Origin: the human T2T-CHM13v2.0 reference genome, Homo sapiens
DNA: 64,000 bases
Assembly (NCBI RefSeq): GCF_009914755.1
Contig: NC_060940.1
Direction: 5' to 3' (one strand)
The translations under genes were made by a program, and so were the position numbers. The notes beneath the pieces were generated by a model. It was not told where the DNA came from and searched no databases. It saw only the letters and a list, made by a program, of their open reading frames with translations. Below are positions 37,511 to 51,544 of the stretch, piece by piece. Each line of letters begins with the position of its first letter. The first letter of the stretch is position 1.

Positions 37511-39760
37511 GGTCAAATTCATTTTTTGAAAGTTTATACATAAACATTAGTCTTAAGCTAATACAAAGATACTACTATACGATCTCATGCTATGAATACT
37601 GTTCACCTGTAGGGTTCTTTATTTAAGTGTTCTTCCAGTTATGTGCAATAATTACCTGCAGATAATCCAGTTGGAGAAACTTGATACTTTAACACGGGAC
37701 CAGATAATCTCAATTAAATAGGTAGTAGAATGTGAAAAAAAGAAATTTTGACTATTTTTTGATGACCCTTAAAACATTAATATCATGTGTGCATGAAAAA
37801 CAGATTGACAAATATCATGTACTAGTTTAACATATGATATTAATATCATAAGGGTTAAAAACAATCATGCTCACTGAGTAAATACGTTAATATATTTCAT
37901 ATAAAATTGAGTATACTTTTAAATTCTCCACTATTTCAAATTATATCTAAAGAAAATAAAGAATAACAAAAATGTTTGTAAATATTTTTTCAATGCCAGC
38001 ATTCCAGCATTTGGGATGGTAGCTTTTATTAAGATCTTAATGTGTCAATCTCAAAAAAATGCAAACACATGCAGGTTTCAGTGGAAAAGTTAAAGTTAAA
38101 TTAAAAACAAATTACCTTTTTTTACCTACAGAAGTGAGTTGTAAGCATTTGTAAGGAAAGCACACATTGCTGAAAGGAAGGAAATGCAGCAGAAGATGAA
38201 AACTAGATTGGCTCAACGTTTTGCTTGGGAGTGGATGTTTTTGTAAAATATGCAGAAGCCCAGATTGGTTTGTCTAAGTTATTTCTGGTAGCATTTAATC
38301 TTGTCAAGTTTCCTTTGGAAAGTTTAACAGTTGACATCTACAGCAGGAAGAGTGACAGAAATTGTATTTTTTTTTTTTTACTGCTGATGATATTCTTTTC
38401 TTTTCTCTGTATTTCATTAATTTGTTAGAGATTTTTATTTTATGTAAAAAGAACCATGTTGAGCCTTTTAGAAAAAGGATGTAAGAATATTGTTTGTTCC
38501 TAATCGCAATATGCTTTTAATAGAGTAATATCAACTGGTCCATCTGTCTATGGAGAAGAACAAGAGAAATCGCTTTAGTGTGTAATTTGTTTCTTTGGCA
38601 CATGTTATCAACAGTGACTGTATCACAACTATCCAGTAGGCACACAATTAGTTTCTTTTGATTTTTGTTATACTTCAGCTCATTTAGCAATTAACTTAGC
38701 ATTTTCCCTGGGCAACAGAGTATCACTTGAACATCTTAGTTTATGTGAACATGTGAACATATAACTGCCTCATTGAAAAGGGGCAATTCAAAAGCCATAT
38801 TTAAACATTGCTAACTGTCCACATATTGGAGAAAATATGCATTTGTTTAATTGGAGCATCAGACATATCTGCCTGTAGCAGTATGGTGTTGCCCAGGATT
38901 CCTCACAGCTTCATTAGTGATGGAGTAATTTGCAAAACAACATATTTAATTGCAAAGCACTTGAAACTTTGTAGTCTGCATTTAATTCAACCTAATTCTA
39001 CACTTGGTCTATAATGATAGATGAGAGAGTAATACACTGATATTTTAAAATGACCCACATATTAAAGTTTATATAAGGAAGACAAGTTTTGAAATTTACA
39101 TGCTGTCACATAATGACAGCACTCTCAAATTCCCAGAACCCTAGAAGAATGCTTAGAGAGAAAAGCTTTGGAAAGTACCATTAGAATTAATACAAGATCT
39201 ATTCTAATAGACACTGTATGAAGTGCTTTGTATATGTTAACATGTAGTTCCCAGGACTTCCCTGAAAAAGCATTTTATTCCCACATTAAAGATGGAAAAA
39301 AAAAGTCTAGAAGATCAGTAACTAAATTCAGATTATAAAACAAGAAATTAGAAGATTAGAATTTCAACCTGAATGTCTCACTCAGCTTTTCCCCTTTCCA
39401 TGTTGTCCTATTTGTTTAGAATAAATGTGACATGTCTTTATATTTTTAAAAGGCCTTTAAAATCCATATAGTATCTAGGTCCTATATTTTTAAGGTTTCT
39501 TTTTTTTTTTTTTTTTTTTTTTTTTACTAAATACTATAGATCTCTCAGAATTCCTTCTGTAACCGAATAGTTATCAGATTACTATCAACCTGCAAGTCTG
39601 TGACTCCTGTATACCACTGGGAGCCATTAGGTGCTAGATGTGCTATTTTTCATTCATTCTTTGAGTTAGTGTTTAGAGTCCACCATGTGCTACACATTGC
39701 ATCAGGTCTTGAGACACAAAGTCCCTGGTCTCATATGGTTAACCAGTTTTATTTAAAAAC

Positions 39761-41165
39761 TTTTTTTTTAAACATACAGAAACTTTAACTTCATTTCCTC
39801 ATTTTTACTTAAAGCTTAATTTTATAAAACACACAAACACACAAAAATGTGAAGAGTTCTGTATCACAAGAAATTAAATGGTATAAATAATCCACTGCTT
39901 CATAGATTCAAGTTACACAAATTGAAATCTAATAATTGAAAATTTATTCAACATGGAAACTATACAATGAAATAAATGACAAAATTACCTACCAGAGCAT
40001 TTCACAGCTTGTGAATTATTAGTTTTAGGATCTAAACAAAGATTGAGTATTCAGACTTCTGTTGTATTTTATATTTATATATTGCTCTACCTGTATGGAG
40101 TAAAGCTACTTAGTAAAAATGTCTGATTTACGAAAACATTTAGCTTTATAGCAAAAGTTTTTTCAGCTACAGTTACCGTCAGCAAAGGAAGTAACATTAC
40201 AGTGCTGACAAAAATCTACCGGTTCTTTTTCAACAATGTGCAATCAATTCATTACATTAACTCCAAGGTAGGTCAAACAAGTACCAAAGAACAGAACAAT
40301 TACACACAGTTTAGTAAAGTACAATGTTGGTTTTTCCCATCTAAAAATTAACCAGTGAAATAAGACATCAACTATGGTTGAGTTGGTTTCAGGAAAATCA
40401 TTTGAAAATTACAGGTATATTATTTTCTTCATCTCATCCTCAGTCATTGACAGGAACTTTGTAAGCCACCGTGCTATTTACTTTGTGGACTAGGTAGTAA
40501 ATGCAGAAAGACAGACTTCCTCAGAATTGGTCACTCCTCTTCCCATTTTTTCAGGTACAACCAAATCTTTGTATAAATCAGTAGATCAAAAGAAAAAGGT
40601 CATTCCTCTTCCCATTTTTCAAGTACAACCAAATCTCTATAAATCAGTAGATCAAAAGAACAACTTCCAACAGTGGCAGAAATGTCACTGTAGCTGTGAT
40701 CTGATTACTAAACAGATTTCATCCTGGATAGTTTTCTGCGACTATTCTCTGGGCCCAAGATGATCTTTTGCAGTCTTATCACACTTAGGGTCAAACTGCC
40801 ATCTTTGAAGGACCTCATCACTTTCAGTTGTTGAGATGACTCCAATCAGTTTCTGACCTGAACGTTTGTATAGCCAATGCTTTAGTTGTTCCACCGTGTT
40901 ATTTAGGTGTTTCATGAGCTCAAGATTAGTGGTTACAAGCAAGGTGAGCCCATATTTCCACACTGGAGTAAATGTTCCAGATGGATATATGCCATGCTGA
41001 AATAAAATGCTGTTGATGCCAAATGAGAAGAACTTGACCACGATTTTGGCACTCCTGCACAAGGTGATATCCTTCTCCCAGGAAAGCTTTAGTGCATGGG
41101 CAGGCCCATGGACCAGGATACATGCCTTTACCTGGCAGACAATGTTCACAGGTCCCACTGCAGCT
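39761..41165 (-). pseudogene. Processed pseudogene of MAD2L1 (HORMA-domain spindle checkpoint protein MAD2)
   Basis: ORF 40742-41158 aligns to MAD2L1 residues 2-118 (FFSFGINSIL, KYGLTLLVTT, RWQFD, CDKTAKD; about 73% identity by my count against the recalled protein); no introns; 1-nt deletion after ATG (41097); TAG at 40742-40744; C-terminal AYKVPVND and native TGA at 40440-40442; ~680-nt 3'UTR homology ending in a T-run at 39761-39769. Confidence 0.95.
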
Positions 41166-41299
41166 GTTGACCAATTGTTTCAAAAATTACCAGGTTAATA
41201 ATTATTTAACAATTATTAAATTTGAATTTTATTTCTCACCTTGCATTACAGTCAGTCATGGAATGATAAAATAACAATAGTTATTATGCTACAAAAAAA

Positions 41300-41600
41300 G
41301 AAAAAAACTGGCCTAGACAGAAATCAGGTAAATACTTTTAGAATCTTGGATTGGTGGTAGGCTTCCTAAATAAGTCCCTAAATATGTCCATGAAGGAGAA
41401 GAGTGTGTTTTGACTTCATACAGACTAAATTATCTATATATTTAAAAGACCATAAAATTACATAATGTGTGCAAAGCTAGGAAAGATATTTATAACTTAT
41501 GCTACACAAATGATTAATATTCTGAAATTATAAAGGGTTCTTAAATTTTTAAAAAGATAGAAAATAGGACAAAGGACACAAAGAAATATTTCAAAAAATA
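41300..41600 (+). mobile_element. Old L1M ORF2 3' fragment
   Basis: gaaatcaggtaaatacttt...ggaaagatatttataac...atagaaaataggacaaaggacac. Confidence 0.55.
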
Positions 41601-42620
41601 AATTTAGAATGTCAAACCCATGCAAACATGTCTTACTTGAACAGCAAGCCAGGACATGGGAATGAAATTGGTGTGAGACGGTTTTGCGCTCCTTAGACTC
41701 ACAGTACAGAAACGGGTAACATCCAGCAATGCTGGTGTGTCATCAATCTCAGCCCAGTCCCACTGCCTTAATTTGGTGTTGCAGTTGACATTATTTGGAT
41801 CCACAGTGCAGAGTCCACCTTGTTGCCAAGGTATTGCTTACAGTCCCTGGAAACCTTGATCCTATTTTGTTCTGCAGAATAAATTCTCAAAGGGGAAGAA
41901 ATTGAGTGGCAGGGTCTGTTTTCCTCTTTGCTAATCATCCCCCAACACTCGCTTTCATGTGTTCCTTTCTGGAACCTAGATGTTAACAGATATATAGGAA
42001 AGGGGAGGTACATAATGATACGTGTACTTACACATTTGAATAGTTCAGAGAACTCTTCTCCCCCTTTCTCACCGATACCTGAATTTTCTGGTTATAAGAA
42101 GCTAATGGCAAACAACAGCATGCAAGTAAACATTGTTTAAGGTTATCAGTCATAAGCTACCTTGAACACTGAATTCTATTAACTTTTAAAAGATACTTTT
42201 ATATGTATTCTACCCAACAGAAATCTTTACTATTAGTTATCTTCATCAGGATCATACAACTGTTACAATGTCAATACTGTCGAGGGTATTTTGAAGTACT
42301 TTGCCTTTTTTGCTGTGAAAAGCACACTTCTACTTATCACAGTTTGGGGATGCATGATTTGAAGAACTATTCATTATATTATGATCATTTCAGCCAGAGG
42401 GGGAAAAGCTTTCTGTCAATTTATCTGCTACCTAAATGTTCAAAGTTGTAATTAATTAGGAGGCAAGAATGTAGAGAAAATGCATTTCAAAGATAAATCT
42501 AGTCGCTGAGAAGTTCATCATATCTTATAATTTTCCCATCTCTATAGCAACTGTCAAATACATGTCTGCCTACAAATTTAGAAACAGAAGAAATTATAGA
42601 AGGGCGTAAAAAAAATCTGG

Positions 42621-42875
42621 CACAGGAAGGGGAACATCACACATTGGGGCCTGTTGTGGGGTCGGGGGAGGGGGGAGGGATAGCATTAGGAGATATGCCC
42701 AATGTAAATGACGAGTTAATGGGTGCAACACACCAACATGGCGCATGTATACATATGTAACAACCCTGCACGTTGTGCACATGCACCCTAGAACTTAAAG
42801 TATAATTTAAAAAAGAAAAAAATAAAAATAAAAATAAAAGTTGATTATTTCAACTTTCAAAAAAAAAAAAAAAAA
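42621..42875 (+). mobile_element. Short L1PA 3' insertion with 15-bp TSD and two A tails
   Basis: cacaggaaggggaacatcacac...gggatagcattaggagat...cctagaacttaaagtataa; TSD aaaaaaaatctggca at 42608-42622 and 42868-42882. Confidence 0.9.
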
Positions 42876-43373
42876 TCTGGCAGCAAGCCAAAAAGGATAT
42901 CTGACATTTGCATATTTGTTGTCAAAAATCTACCATACGATTGGGCTCGAGTGTTGAAAAGCATTGAGCTCTTGAATGTTTGTTCTACTTTATTGTTTCC
43001 TGAATGATCAGGGAGAGACAGAACAGAGGTAATTCTACCTTTATTTGCCCAAGGCTCATTATAAATTCAAAGTCAGTCATGTAATTATGGTATCTTATAT
43101 CAAGAAGGCCCAGCCCCAATTGCTCATCCTCCAGTCTTCCTCCTATAATTTAATATAATCATCATATACCCAGGTGCTCAGGAACAAAACCCTGGAAATA
43201 ATAAAATCTAAATATAACCACTTATCACCATCTTTATTCTAAAGCTGTTTCAAGCTACCGACACATCTTACCCTGATTAGCAGTTACCACAACCCATTGA
43301 CTGAACTCACCATTTCTCCCTGGCCAACCCCTGCAGAGAAGCAATTGCTAAAGTTGTTTTAAAAGCATGTATT

Positions 43374-43704
<331 letters not shown>

Positions 43705-43952
43705 TCATACCATCCCTGAAACTATCAACCTGAAACTATACAATGAATTTTCATCCCACGATGGCCGCTGTCAGCTTCCCAGAACTCAGTTCTACTCTTC
43801 AGTTCTCCCCATCATTCATTATGGTTTAAACACATGGGCCTTCTTAATAGTCCTTAAATTAGCCCAGCTTCTTCTCAACTTAGCACCTTTGCACATGACC
43901 AGCTTAATGTCATCATTAAAGTCTCAGCTCAAACATAAAGAGGCTTCTCTCA

Positions 43953-44275
43953 GGCAGACACAGTGGCTTATGCCTGTAATCCCAACACTTTGGAAGACCA
44001 AGACAGGAGGATTACTTGAGCTCAGAAGTTCGAGAGTAGCCTGGGCAGCATAGTGAGACCCCGTCACTACAAAAAATAAAAATAAAAAAATTAAGTGGGC
44101 ATGGTGGTGTGTGCCTGTAGTCTCAGCTACTCAGGAGGCTGAGGTAAGAGGATTGCTTGAGCCCACGGGGTTGAGACTGCAGTGAGCCATGATCGCACCA
44201 TTGCATTCTAGCCTGAGCTATGCAGTGAGACACTGTATCGAAAACAAAACAAAAATAAAAGAGAGTAAAAGAAGG
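43953..44275 (+). mobile_element. AluJ
   Basis: ggattacttgagctcagaagttcgag, cagcatagtgagaccccg, gaggattgcttgagccc; degenerate TSD aaagaggcttctctc / aaagagacctctctc. Confidence 0.9.
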
Positions 44276-44284
44276 AAAGAGACC

Positions 44285-44535
44285 TCTCTCACAATTCCAG
44301 TTAAATAGTTTTCAATAGTCCCTCACCAGTTATTATCACTTTTACTCTCTTTCAGTTTCTTCACAGCACTTATCACTGAAATTACCTTATTTGCTTATTT
44401 ATTTAACTGTTCATTTCTGGACTCCATCGTGCTAGAATGAAACCTGCATCAGAGCACAGGCCTCTTTCTCCCCCCTGTGGCTGTATTCCACCTCTACCAT
44501 GTGCCTGGGATATACTAGGTGCTCAAGGCATATTA
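44285..44535 (+). mobile_element. L2 3' fragment (element interrupted by the two Alus, extending back to ~43100)
   Basis: cttcacagcacttatcact...ctagaatgaaacc...gtgcctggga...taggtgctcaa. Confidence 0.65.
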
Positions 44536-45299
44536 ATAAAATATACTCTTCATTTCACAGATGTGAAATCAGATTCTTAGAGTTTATTAAAAACTTACTA
44601 AAGCTTTTCTCCTAATAAATAGGCCTAGAAAAGAAATCCAGATTCCCTAAATTGTATTCCAGTGCTCTTGCGGTCAGGGTAACCAGAATACCTTTTTTGG
44701 TTGATTTCATATGGGCATTCATATTTGTTAAATTAGAGAGCTATAGAAACTGCCCAGAAGGACAGTAAGGGAAAGGAAAAAATATGAGCTTAATCAATCA
44801 TTCCTGAGCTTTTGACTATCAAATTTGATTTGAGTATAAAAGATAATGGATAAAATCTATTATTCCCCACATTTATATACCCTGAAAACAGGGACTCTAA
44901 AGAAATAGAAAGTAGAGATTGTACAATTGAGCAGCACTGCTCTATGGAAGAGAGGTCCCTGTTGTTCTGGGCAGTCTATGTAAGTACAAAGAAGAACCTC
45001 CCTCCAGTAGTTCTAGATGGTCTGCCCAATTATGAGAAAGAGCCTCACTCAAGTTGCTTGAGCAAGGGGAGGCTCATTCAAATGATGCATTGTTTAGAAT
45101 TGAGAATGTCAATAGCAGACAAGGTAGTAACTATTGCACAGCTCTTTTAAAAAATAAAGGTTACATATGGAAGGTAGTATTACCTTACTGGACATTATAT
45201 TCTGTCCAGTACTCCTTTTTCAACTGCACAGCTGCCCATTCATTATCCCATGTAATTCAGGTGGTAATGTCAATCACAATGCTTTTTCTGTCTCCTGGC

Positions 45300-45720
45300 A
45301 AAAGCATGGCCTCTGACCCAGATTTAACTCATTGTGCTATGTCTCCTTTGAGTCTACCGTGATTAGCCTAATGGGGGAGCATGTGACCAAACAGGACCAA
45401 ATGGAACATTCATGAGATTTTTGACAGATTCTAGGAGACAGTGCCTCTCCATATACTCTCTGGAATCAATGAAAACATGAGCCTGGATGGTGGGACTCAT
45501 TATCACAGAGAAAAATTCCAAGAATGGAAGCAAGAACGCAAAAGCAGAGCTCAGTGATGCACAGTAAAAGATGAAGGCACTTCTGGATCTCAATGCTCCT
45601 AAAGCCGAAACCATCTGCCTTGGAGCAGCTATTTAAATAAGAATTTGCCTTCCTGTGTGTGTCGCCTGATCTGTGCCTCGTTTGGTTTCTATTGCTTGCA
45701 ATTAAAGAATTTTGACCCTG
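45300..45720 (+). mobile_element. Old MaLR LTR (MLT1J/K-like)
   Basis: ggagcatgtgacc...gtttggtttctattgcttgcaattaaagaattttgac. Confidence 0.55.
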
Positions 45721-47139
45721 CACTTGTAATTTATAAATTTGACATTGTATATCAAAAGAAGGTATATTTTGGATATTAAATGTTTATTTGAAATTCTGTA
45801 CAGTAGGATGTACAGTGACGTATCATTAGTCTTTGACATCTGTTTATAGACAGTTTTATTCAATTCATTGATTATTTTGATTAAGGTGTGTATTCATTCA
45901 TCAGAAAATCCCTAGCTGAAATAAACTCAGATAAATTAATATCTATGCAATCACTGTATTTATAAGAAATAGGTTCTATCTTATTGACCAATGGAAAAGG
46001 TGCACAAAGAAATCATACTAAATATAGGTGGTTCCTGTTCCAAATATTCTCTTCAAGACTGTATTTTTATGGTTACAGGACTCAGGAAAGGTGATCTTCA
46101 CTTTAATTCTAACAGACAAAGCTCAATTTCATCAGGGAAAATAATTGTAAATCCTGATGATAAATCTCTCATAGGAGTTTGCTGATTCAGTACTTCAAGG
46201 CAACTAGTGTTCTGCCCTCAATTTTATTTTTATTGCTTTTGAATGATTAATATACAGGCATTGACTAATAATTTCTTTTGCAGAATTGGATTATGTTATT
46301 GATGGATTTAGAAATAGGACTTGAAGATATATTAACATAACTATAGAGTTGAAAACATTAAGCCAGTGGGGCCAAAGAGGGGAAAAGTATACGGAAATCT
46401 AAAACTCAACTCAAAATAAAAATTATGTGTGACGACTTTGACAAAATAGTCAAAATGACAAATCCTTATTGGTAGCAGTGCTCATGCATTTATAAAAGTC
46501 TCATCCAACTGGAAAAGTAGAAGACATATAAAGTACAAACAGATCCTCTCTTATGGGCTCTCAATTTTCCAAACAAATTGGGTGTAAGGCAAATTATGAG
46601 AGTAATGTTGCTTCTAATAAAATATTGATTTTAAACGGATTTTCTGGTACAATTCCAAGGAGAAAGTGTGTACCGTTGAGACCTAAGGAGACTCAAGTAC
46701 CTTGGGCTCTAAAAGGATTATTAAGCTCTGTAGCCAAATGATATTTTTTAAATAATCCAGATTGCGTTAGAGATTTTCGTAAAGTGAAGATAACATTAGA
46801 AGTTGAGGTGACCTACATCTATTTGGAGAAATTCATTAGGATTTTATATGATGGGTTCAGGGGATACAGTTTTTCATTAAAAGGAGTGGGCAGTCAAGAG
46901 TATATATTTCCCCAGCATCAGCCAATACACTATAGAAAGGGAAAACAATGTAATTAATAATGGCATTAAGAATCTGTCACAAAGTCTCACCTGTGCCCCT
47001 TTAGTTCCAGTAGAGAAGCTATTACAGTAGAGACGCAAGGACACATACTATTTAAAGTATGTACTTGAAGGAATACTCAAACACCACTATAAATTCGCCC
47101 AGTGTTTTGTTTTTTAAATCCTCAGTTGTAATAAAGCAG

Positions 47140-47320
47140 CATGTCTTCAAGAAATAAGGTTATGTCATGGTTAATACATCAGATGGAGGAGTCAAGAATC
47201 AGAATTCTAGTTCCTAGTACTCTGCAACTAACTTACTCAAATTTATCTCGGTTTCAACTTATCTTGTCTCTAAAATAAGGTTGATGAAATGATCTTTAAT
47301 ATCCCTTTATGTTCTAAAAG
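47140..47320 (+). mobile_element. MIR
   Basis: ggagtcaagaatcagaattctagttcctagtactctgcaactaac...ctctaaaataagg. Confidence 0.6.
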
Positions 47321-47879
47321 TGACCTGATTATATTATTTGTCTAGACACTGCATGACCATTTAAAAAGCAGAATATGATGGGAAATATTTTGTTCTATAA
47401 CTTAATTTAAATATACAAACACACAAACCAATAAAAATAATCTAGCAGAAGATAGAAGGATTTAAAACTAAGGGACGTTGGTTATTCCTTCTCTCAGATT
47501 TGTTAGATTTAGACTCTGAGGAGAAAACTGTTCTCCCTGTGTCTGTTTTTCCTGGTCTTAATTTTCTTAGCCCATCTGAAGGCTAAAAATGTAATTAAAT
47601 TGTACAATCCTGACTTGCCAAAATTCCTAAATGAATTGGAAAATGGCTTATATTTGCATGGAACACCGCTGTATATTGTTATAATGCATTATGCATGTTT
47701 ATTTGTACATAGATGTCTTAAATATTAGCTTTGAGTAAGTTTGCTTTCTCCATCAATTAATTATCACATATCATCTATTTCACAAAATTGTCCTAGTTTG
47801 CTAACACATGATGTTTATTTATCTAAGTATTAGTTTGAGGAATGGGGTATTTTCATAGTCTCAAAATGTTTATTAATTA

Positions 47880-48450
47880 CAGAAAAGAGTAGCTATATTA
47901 TGGAGATACCTGGTGGATACCACCTTAACTAGATGGTCAAAGTTAACATCACCAGTAATGAAGCAAATTGACATCATTCCCTGCTCATAGAATCCACTGA
48001 GAAAAAACACAGCATCACTGCTGTGGTGTTCCTGCCTAGAATGCATAACATGAATCCCATCATGAGGAAAACATCAAACACATTTAAATAACTGGCCTGT
48101 TAAACCTCCAAATTTCAAAGTCGTGAAAAAGAACAGCTGAGCAATTGTTGCAGATTTGAAAGATAATAGACATGCCAACTAAATGGAAAGCAAGAGCCTG
48201 AATTAGATGCTAGGCTGAGAACAAAAATAGTCATAGAGGACATTTTGTTGGAAACTGGTGAAATTTGATTATAGACTGAGAACTAAATTATATTACATCA
48301 ACATTAAATTTCCTCCTTTAATAAATGTGTTTATTTAACAGCATATGTTTGAACTTAGGAAGCGCATACTGAAGTACTCACAGATAAAAGGGTGCCATAG
48401 CTGCAACTTGCTCTATAAATGGCCAAATGACTCGGAAAATAAAGCATGTG
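47880..48450 (+). mobile_element. L1MC/ME 3'UTR fragment
   Basis: caaagttaacatcaccagtaatg...catgaggaaaacatcaaac...ataactggcctg...ggtgaaattt...catactgaagta. Confidence 0.7.
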
Positions 48451-49990
48451 TGTGTGTGAAGAGAGAGATTGAAAGAGAAAGGAAGGGGAACAGGGAGAGA
48501 GAGAATAAGGCAGATGGAACTACTACTAAAATAGGCTCTATACATATGTATATATAGTGGTGCTTGGAACAGAGCCTAGCATGATGTAAGAGCCAAGAGT
48601 TGTCCTTTGTTACGTGTAAAATACATGACACCTGATAGGTTCTCCATGAATAATATAGTATTATAATGAATCCAATTGAAAACCGCTGCCTAATTTTTAT
48701 TTTTTAACTTTGAAGCCTAAAAAATGCAGCTATGAAGATAGTACTGCATATTTCTACATTATTCCAGTGCATTAATTTAGCATCTATTAAACAGAACATA
48801 GGAGCTATAACATACAAGACTGAGTTTGTGCTTAAATAAAAGGTACAATAGGCAATAATTGTTTAGAATGCTTTGCGCTGCTTTTAAAGCTCTTTAAATG
48901 TACCCAACCACAGCATACTAATTTTAAATAATCAACTCCTATAGAGTAATTGGGGTATAGTCTTAACTCATTTAATAATACTTACTTAGCTAAGGGCTTC
49001 CACATCAAGCTAAGCACACAGATTTTTATGAAGCTATTTTGTAGATACTTGGGCATTTTCTTTTAATACCTCGATATAATTAGTTCAGAAGGCCCAGTAA
49101 CAGTTTGAGATAATTGTGCATAAATTAATTGCTAAAGGGCACAATTAACTTTTTATTAACATTTGTGACAATAAACATTCAACTTGGTTTCTAATATTTC
49201 ATAAATTCCATATTTTAATTGTTCCTATATTAAGTTTTATTACTTAATGTCCTTGAATATTTGCCTTGGGGACCAAAGCAAACACTCTCAATGTGGTTAA
49301 TCCAAAGGAAAAACCTGCATTTGATTAGACACTGGGAGTTGGACAAGCACGGGCTTCAGTCTCCACTGCTGTCAGAGGCAAGGAAGAAGAGTTCCTTGAT
49401 AGGAAACTTCCCGAGAGGACAAGCCTATAACGAAAGTAGTGTTGTCATAAAATGAGGTTGCTTATCTTTTTAAGGAACCCTGATTTTTCAATTATCAAAA
49501 TCGAGCATCACCCTGGAATCACCTTACGATTTGACGTGTTCAATCCTGAATTAAACATCAAGGATGTGGTAGGTTGTTCACTCCTCAGGGCTCACAGGGT
49601 AGCCTATTCTTGACTTTAAGTAGACCCTCTCCTTACATGTTAAAAAAAAAATACCTAATTCCTCAAAGAGGAATCATCCAATCTTCCTGCCTTGGCAGCG
49701 TTAAATCTGGCTCTAAAATACTGGGAACCAAGCATCCTGCTATTTTTGGTAATTTTCAGTAAAACCTCTTCATATTACCCTCATTTCCATCTGATGCTTC
49801 AGAGCTTAAAGTCTCTTTTTAGCAGTCTCATTAAATATTTAGATACAAATTCCCTTAATAGGGAGGCATTTATATGATTAACTGATGTAGTAATTGACTA
49901 TATTTTTGACACTTGGAACCACTCTTCCAGTGGCTTCTCTCCTAAGGTTACTTAAACTTTGTTACTCCAGGGGCACTGAGAGTTACACTG

Positions 49991-50306
49991 TTATTTTTTA
50001 TTTTATTTTATTTATTTTTTTAATAGAGGGTCTCTGTTGCCTAGGCTGGAGGGCAGTTGCACAATCACAGCTCGCTGCAGCCTCGACTTCCCTGGCTCAA
50101 GCAATCTTCCCACTTCAATGTCCTGAGTAGCTGGGTCTACAGGTGCATGCTCATGCCCGGCTATTTTATTTTATTTTATTTTATTTTGTAGATACAGGGT
50201 TTCTTTGTATTGCTCAGGCTGGTCTCAAACTGATGAGCTCAAGTGACCCTCTGACCTCAGTCTCCCAAAGTGCAGAGATTACGGGCATGAGCCACTGTAT
50301 CTGGCC
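49991..50306 (-). mobile_element. AluJ
   Basis: (tttta)n tail, cacagctcgctgcagcctcgac...ggctcaagcaatc...ctcccaaagtgcagagattacgggcatgagccactg. Confidence 0.9.
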
Positions 50307-50904
50307 TGGTAGAGACCTTAAATACAAAAGCTTTCTGGGCTTGTTCTCAGAGGCAGTGTAGAAGGATTCACCAGGAACCTGAGTCCTCCACACACAGCCT
50401 GAGATTCTAGGGGGCCTCATAGAGGAGGCTGCTCTGGAAGGAAAGGTGATGGAGGAGCTGGGTGCCTTAGGCTGGGAACAGGGGAAGATAAATGTGGGAC
50501 CAGGCTAGGTGACTGAAACCCCTGGGAGTACATCAGTAGACACAGTGCAGGATCCACTGCCAGGGCCATCTGGGAAGATGCCCCCAAGGCACTAAATGCA
50601 CTCTTCCTCAGGCCTGCTGGTTTCCTTACACATGTAAATGAAAAGAGCAAATTTGAAAAAGTAGATTTTATGAAAAAACCTCCATTATATATTTTTAACA
50701 GTAAAAGGCAAATTGCAAAGCTTTATATATATTTCATAGTTTATGTACATATGTGTGGGGAGTTTTAAATGCAGGACAAATCTCAGTTCTCAGGGGAGGC
50801 ATTGGGGTTGGGAGGAGATGATAAAATAGAACTTTTTATGTTTACACTTTTTAATTTTATTGATTTTTATTTATTGCATTCTTCTAAACCATTTCAATAC
50901 AAAT

Positions 50905-51130
50905 CAAAATGTGAGAACCACATGTGATTCTAAATTTTTAGTAGTTGCCTTTTAAAAAACAGGTGAAATTTAACTTAAATGTATGTTTAACTTACATCAA
51001 AATTATCTGTGTAATCAATATAAAATGATTAACTCCATTGTATAGTTTATAGTCAATCACTGTGGACCAGCCACATTTCAAGTGCTCAGTAGTGACATGT
51101 GACTACTGGCTACCAGATTGGACAATGTAC
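50905..51130. mobile_element. MER33/MER3-like hAT element
   Basis: aaaaacaggtgaaatttaa...gccacatttcaagtgctcagtagtgacatgtgactactggctaccagattggaca. Confidence 0.75.
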
Positions 51131-51206
51131 GTTTATAGCATTTAATTCATTATAAGTATTTATTTTCACAATACAACTAATTTTAATAATAAAAATGTAT
51201 ACTGAA

Positions 51207-51503
51207 CAAACTAACACAGGAACAGAAAACCAAACACTGCCGGTTCTCACTCATAAGTGGGAGCTGAACAATGAGAACACATAGACACAGAGAGGGGAAC
51301 ATCACACACCCAGGGACTGTCGGGGGTTGGGGGGGTGGGCCAGGGGAGGCAGAGCATGAGGACAAATGCCTAATGGATGCAGAGCTTAAAACACAGATGA
51401 CGGGTTGACAGGTGCAGCAAACCACCATGGCATATGTATACCCATGTAACAAACCTGCACATTCAGCACATGTATCTCAGAACTTAAAGCAAAATAAATA
51501 TAT
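51207..51503 (+). mobile_element. Short L1PA 3'UTR insertion with 12-bp TSD atgtatactgaa
   Basis: caaactaacacaggaacagaaaaccaaacac...cagaacttaaag; TSD at 51195-51206 and 51504-51515. Confidence 0.9.
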
Positions 51504-51544
51504 ATGTATACTGAAAATGGCTACGTACAAATGTCTCAACCATC

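Noticed and set aside
40742-41158. 138-aa MAD2-like ORF as a functional CDS
   Set aside because: Starts at GTG, the native ATG is out of frame, a premature TAG removes the C-terminus, and substitutions are radical
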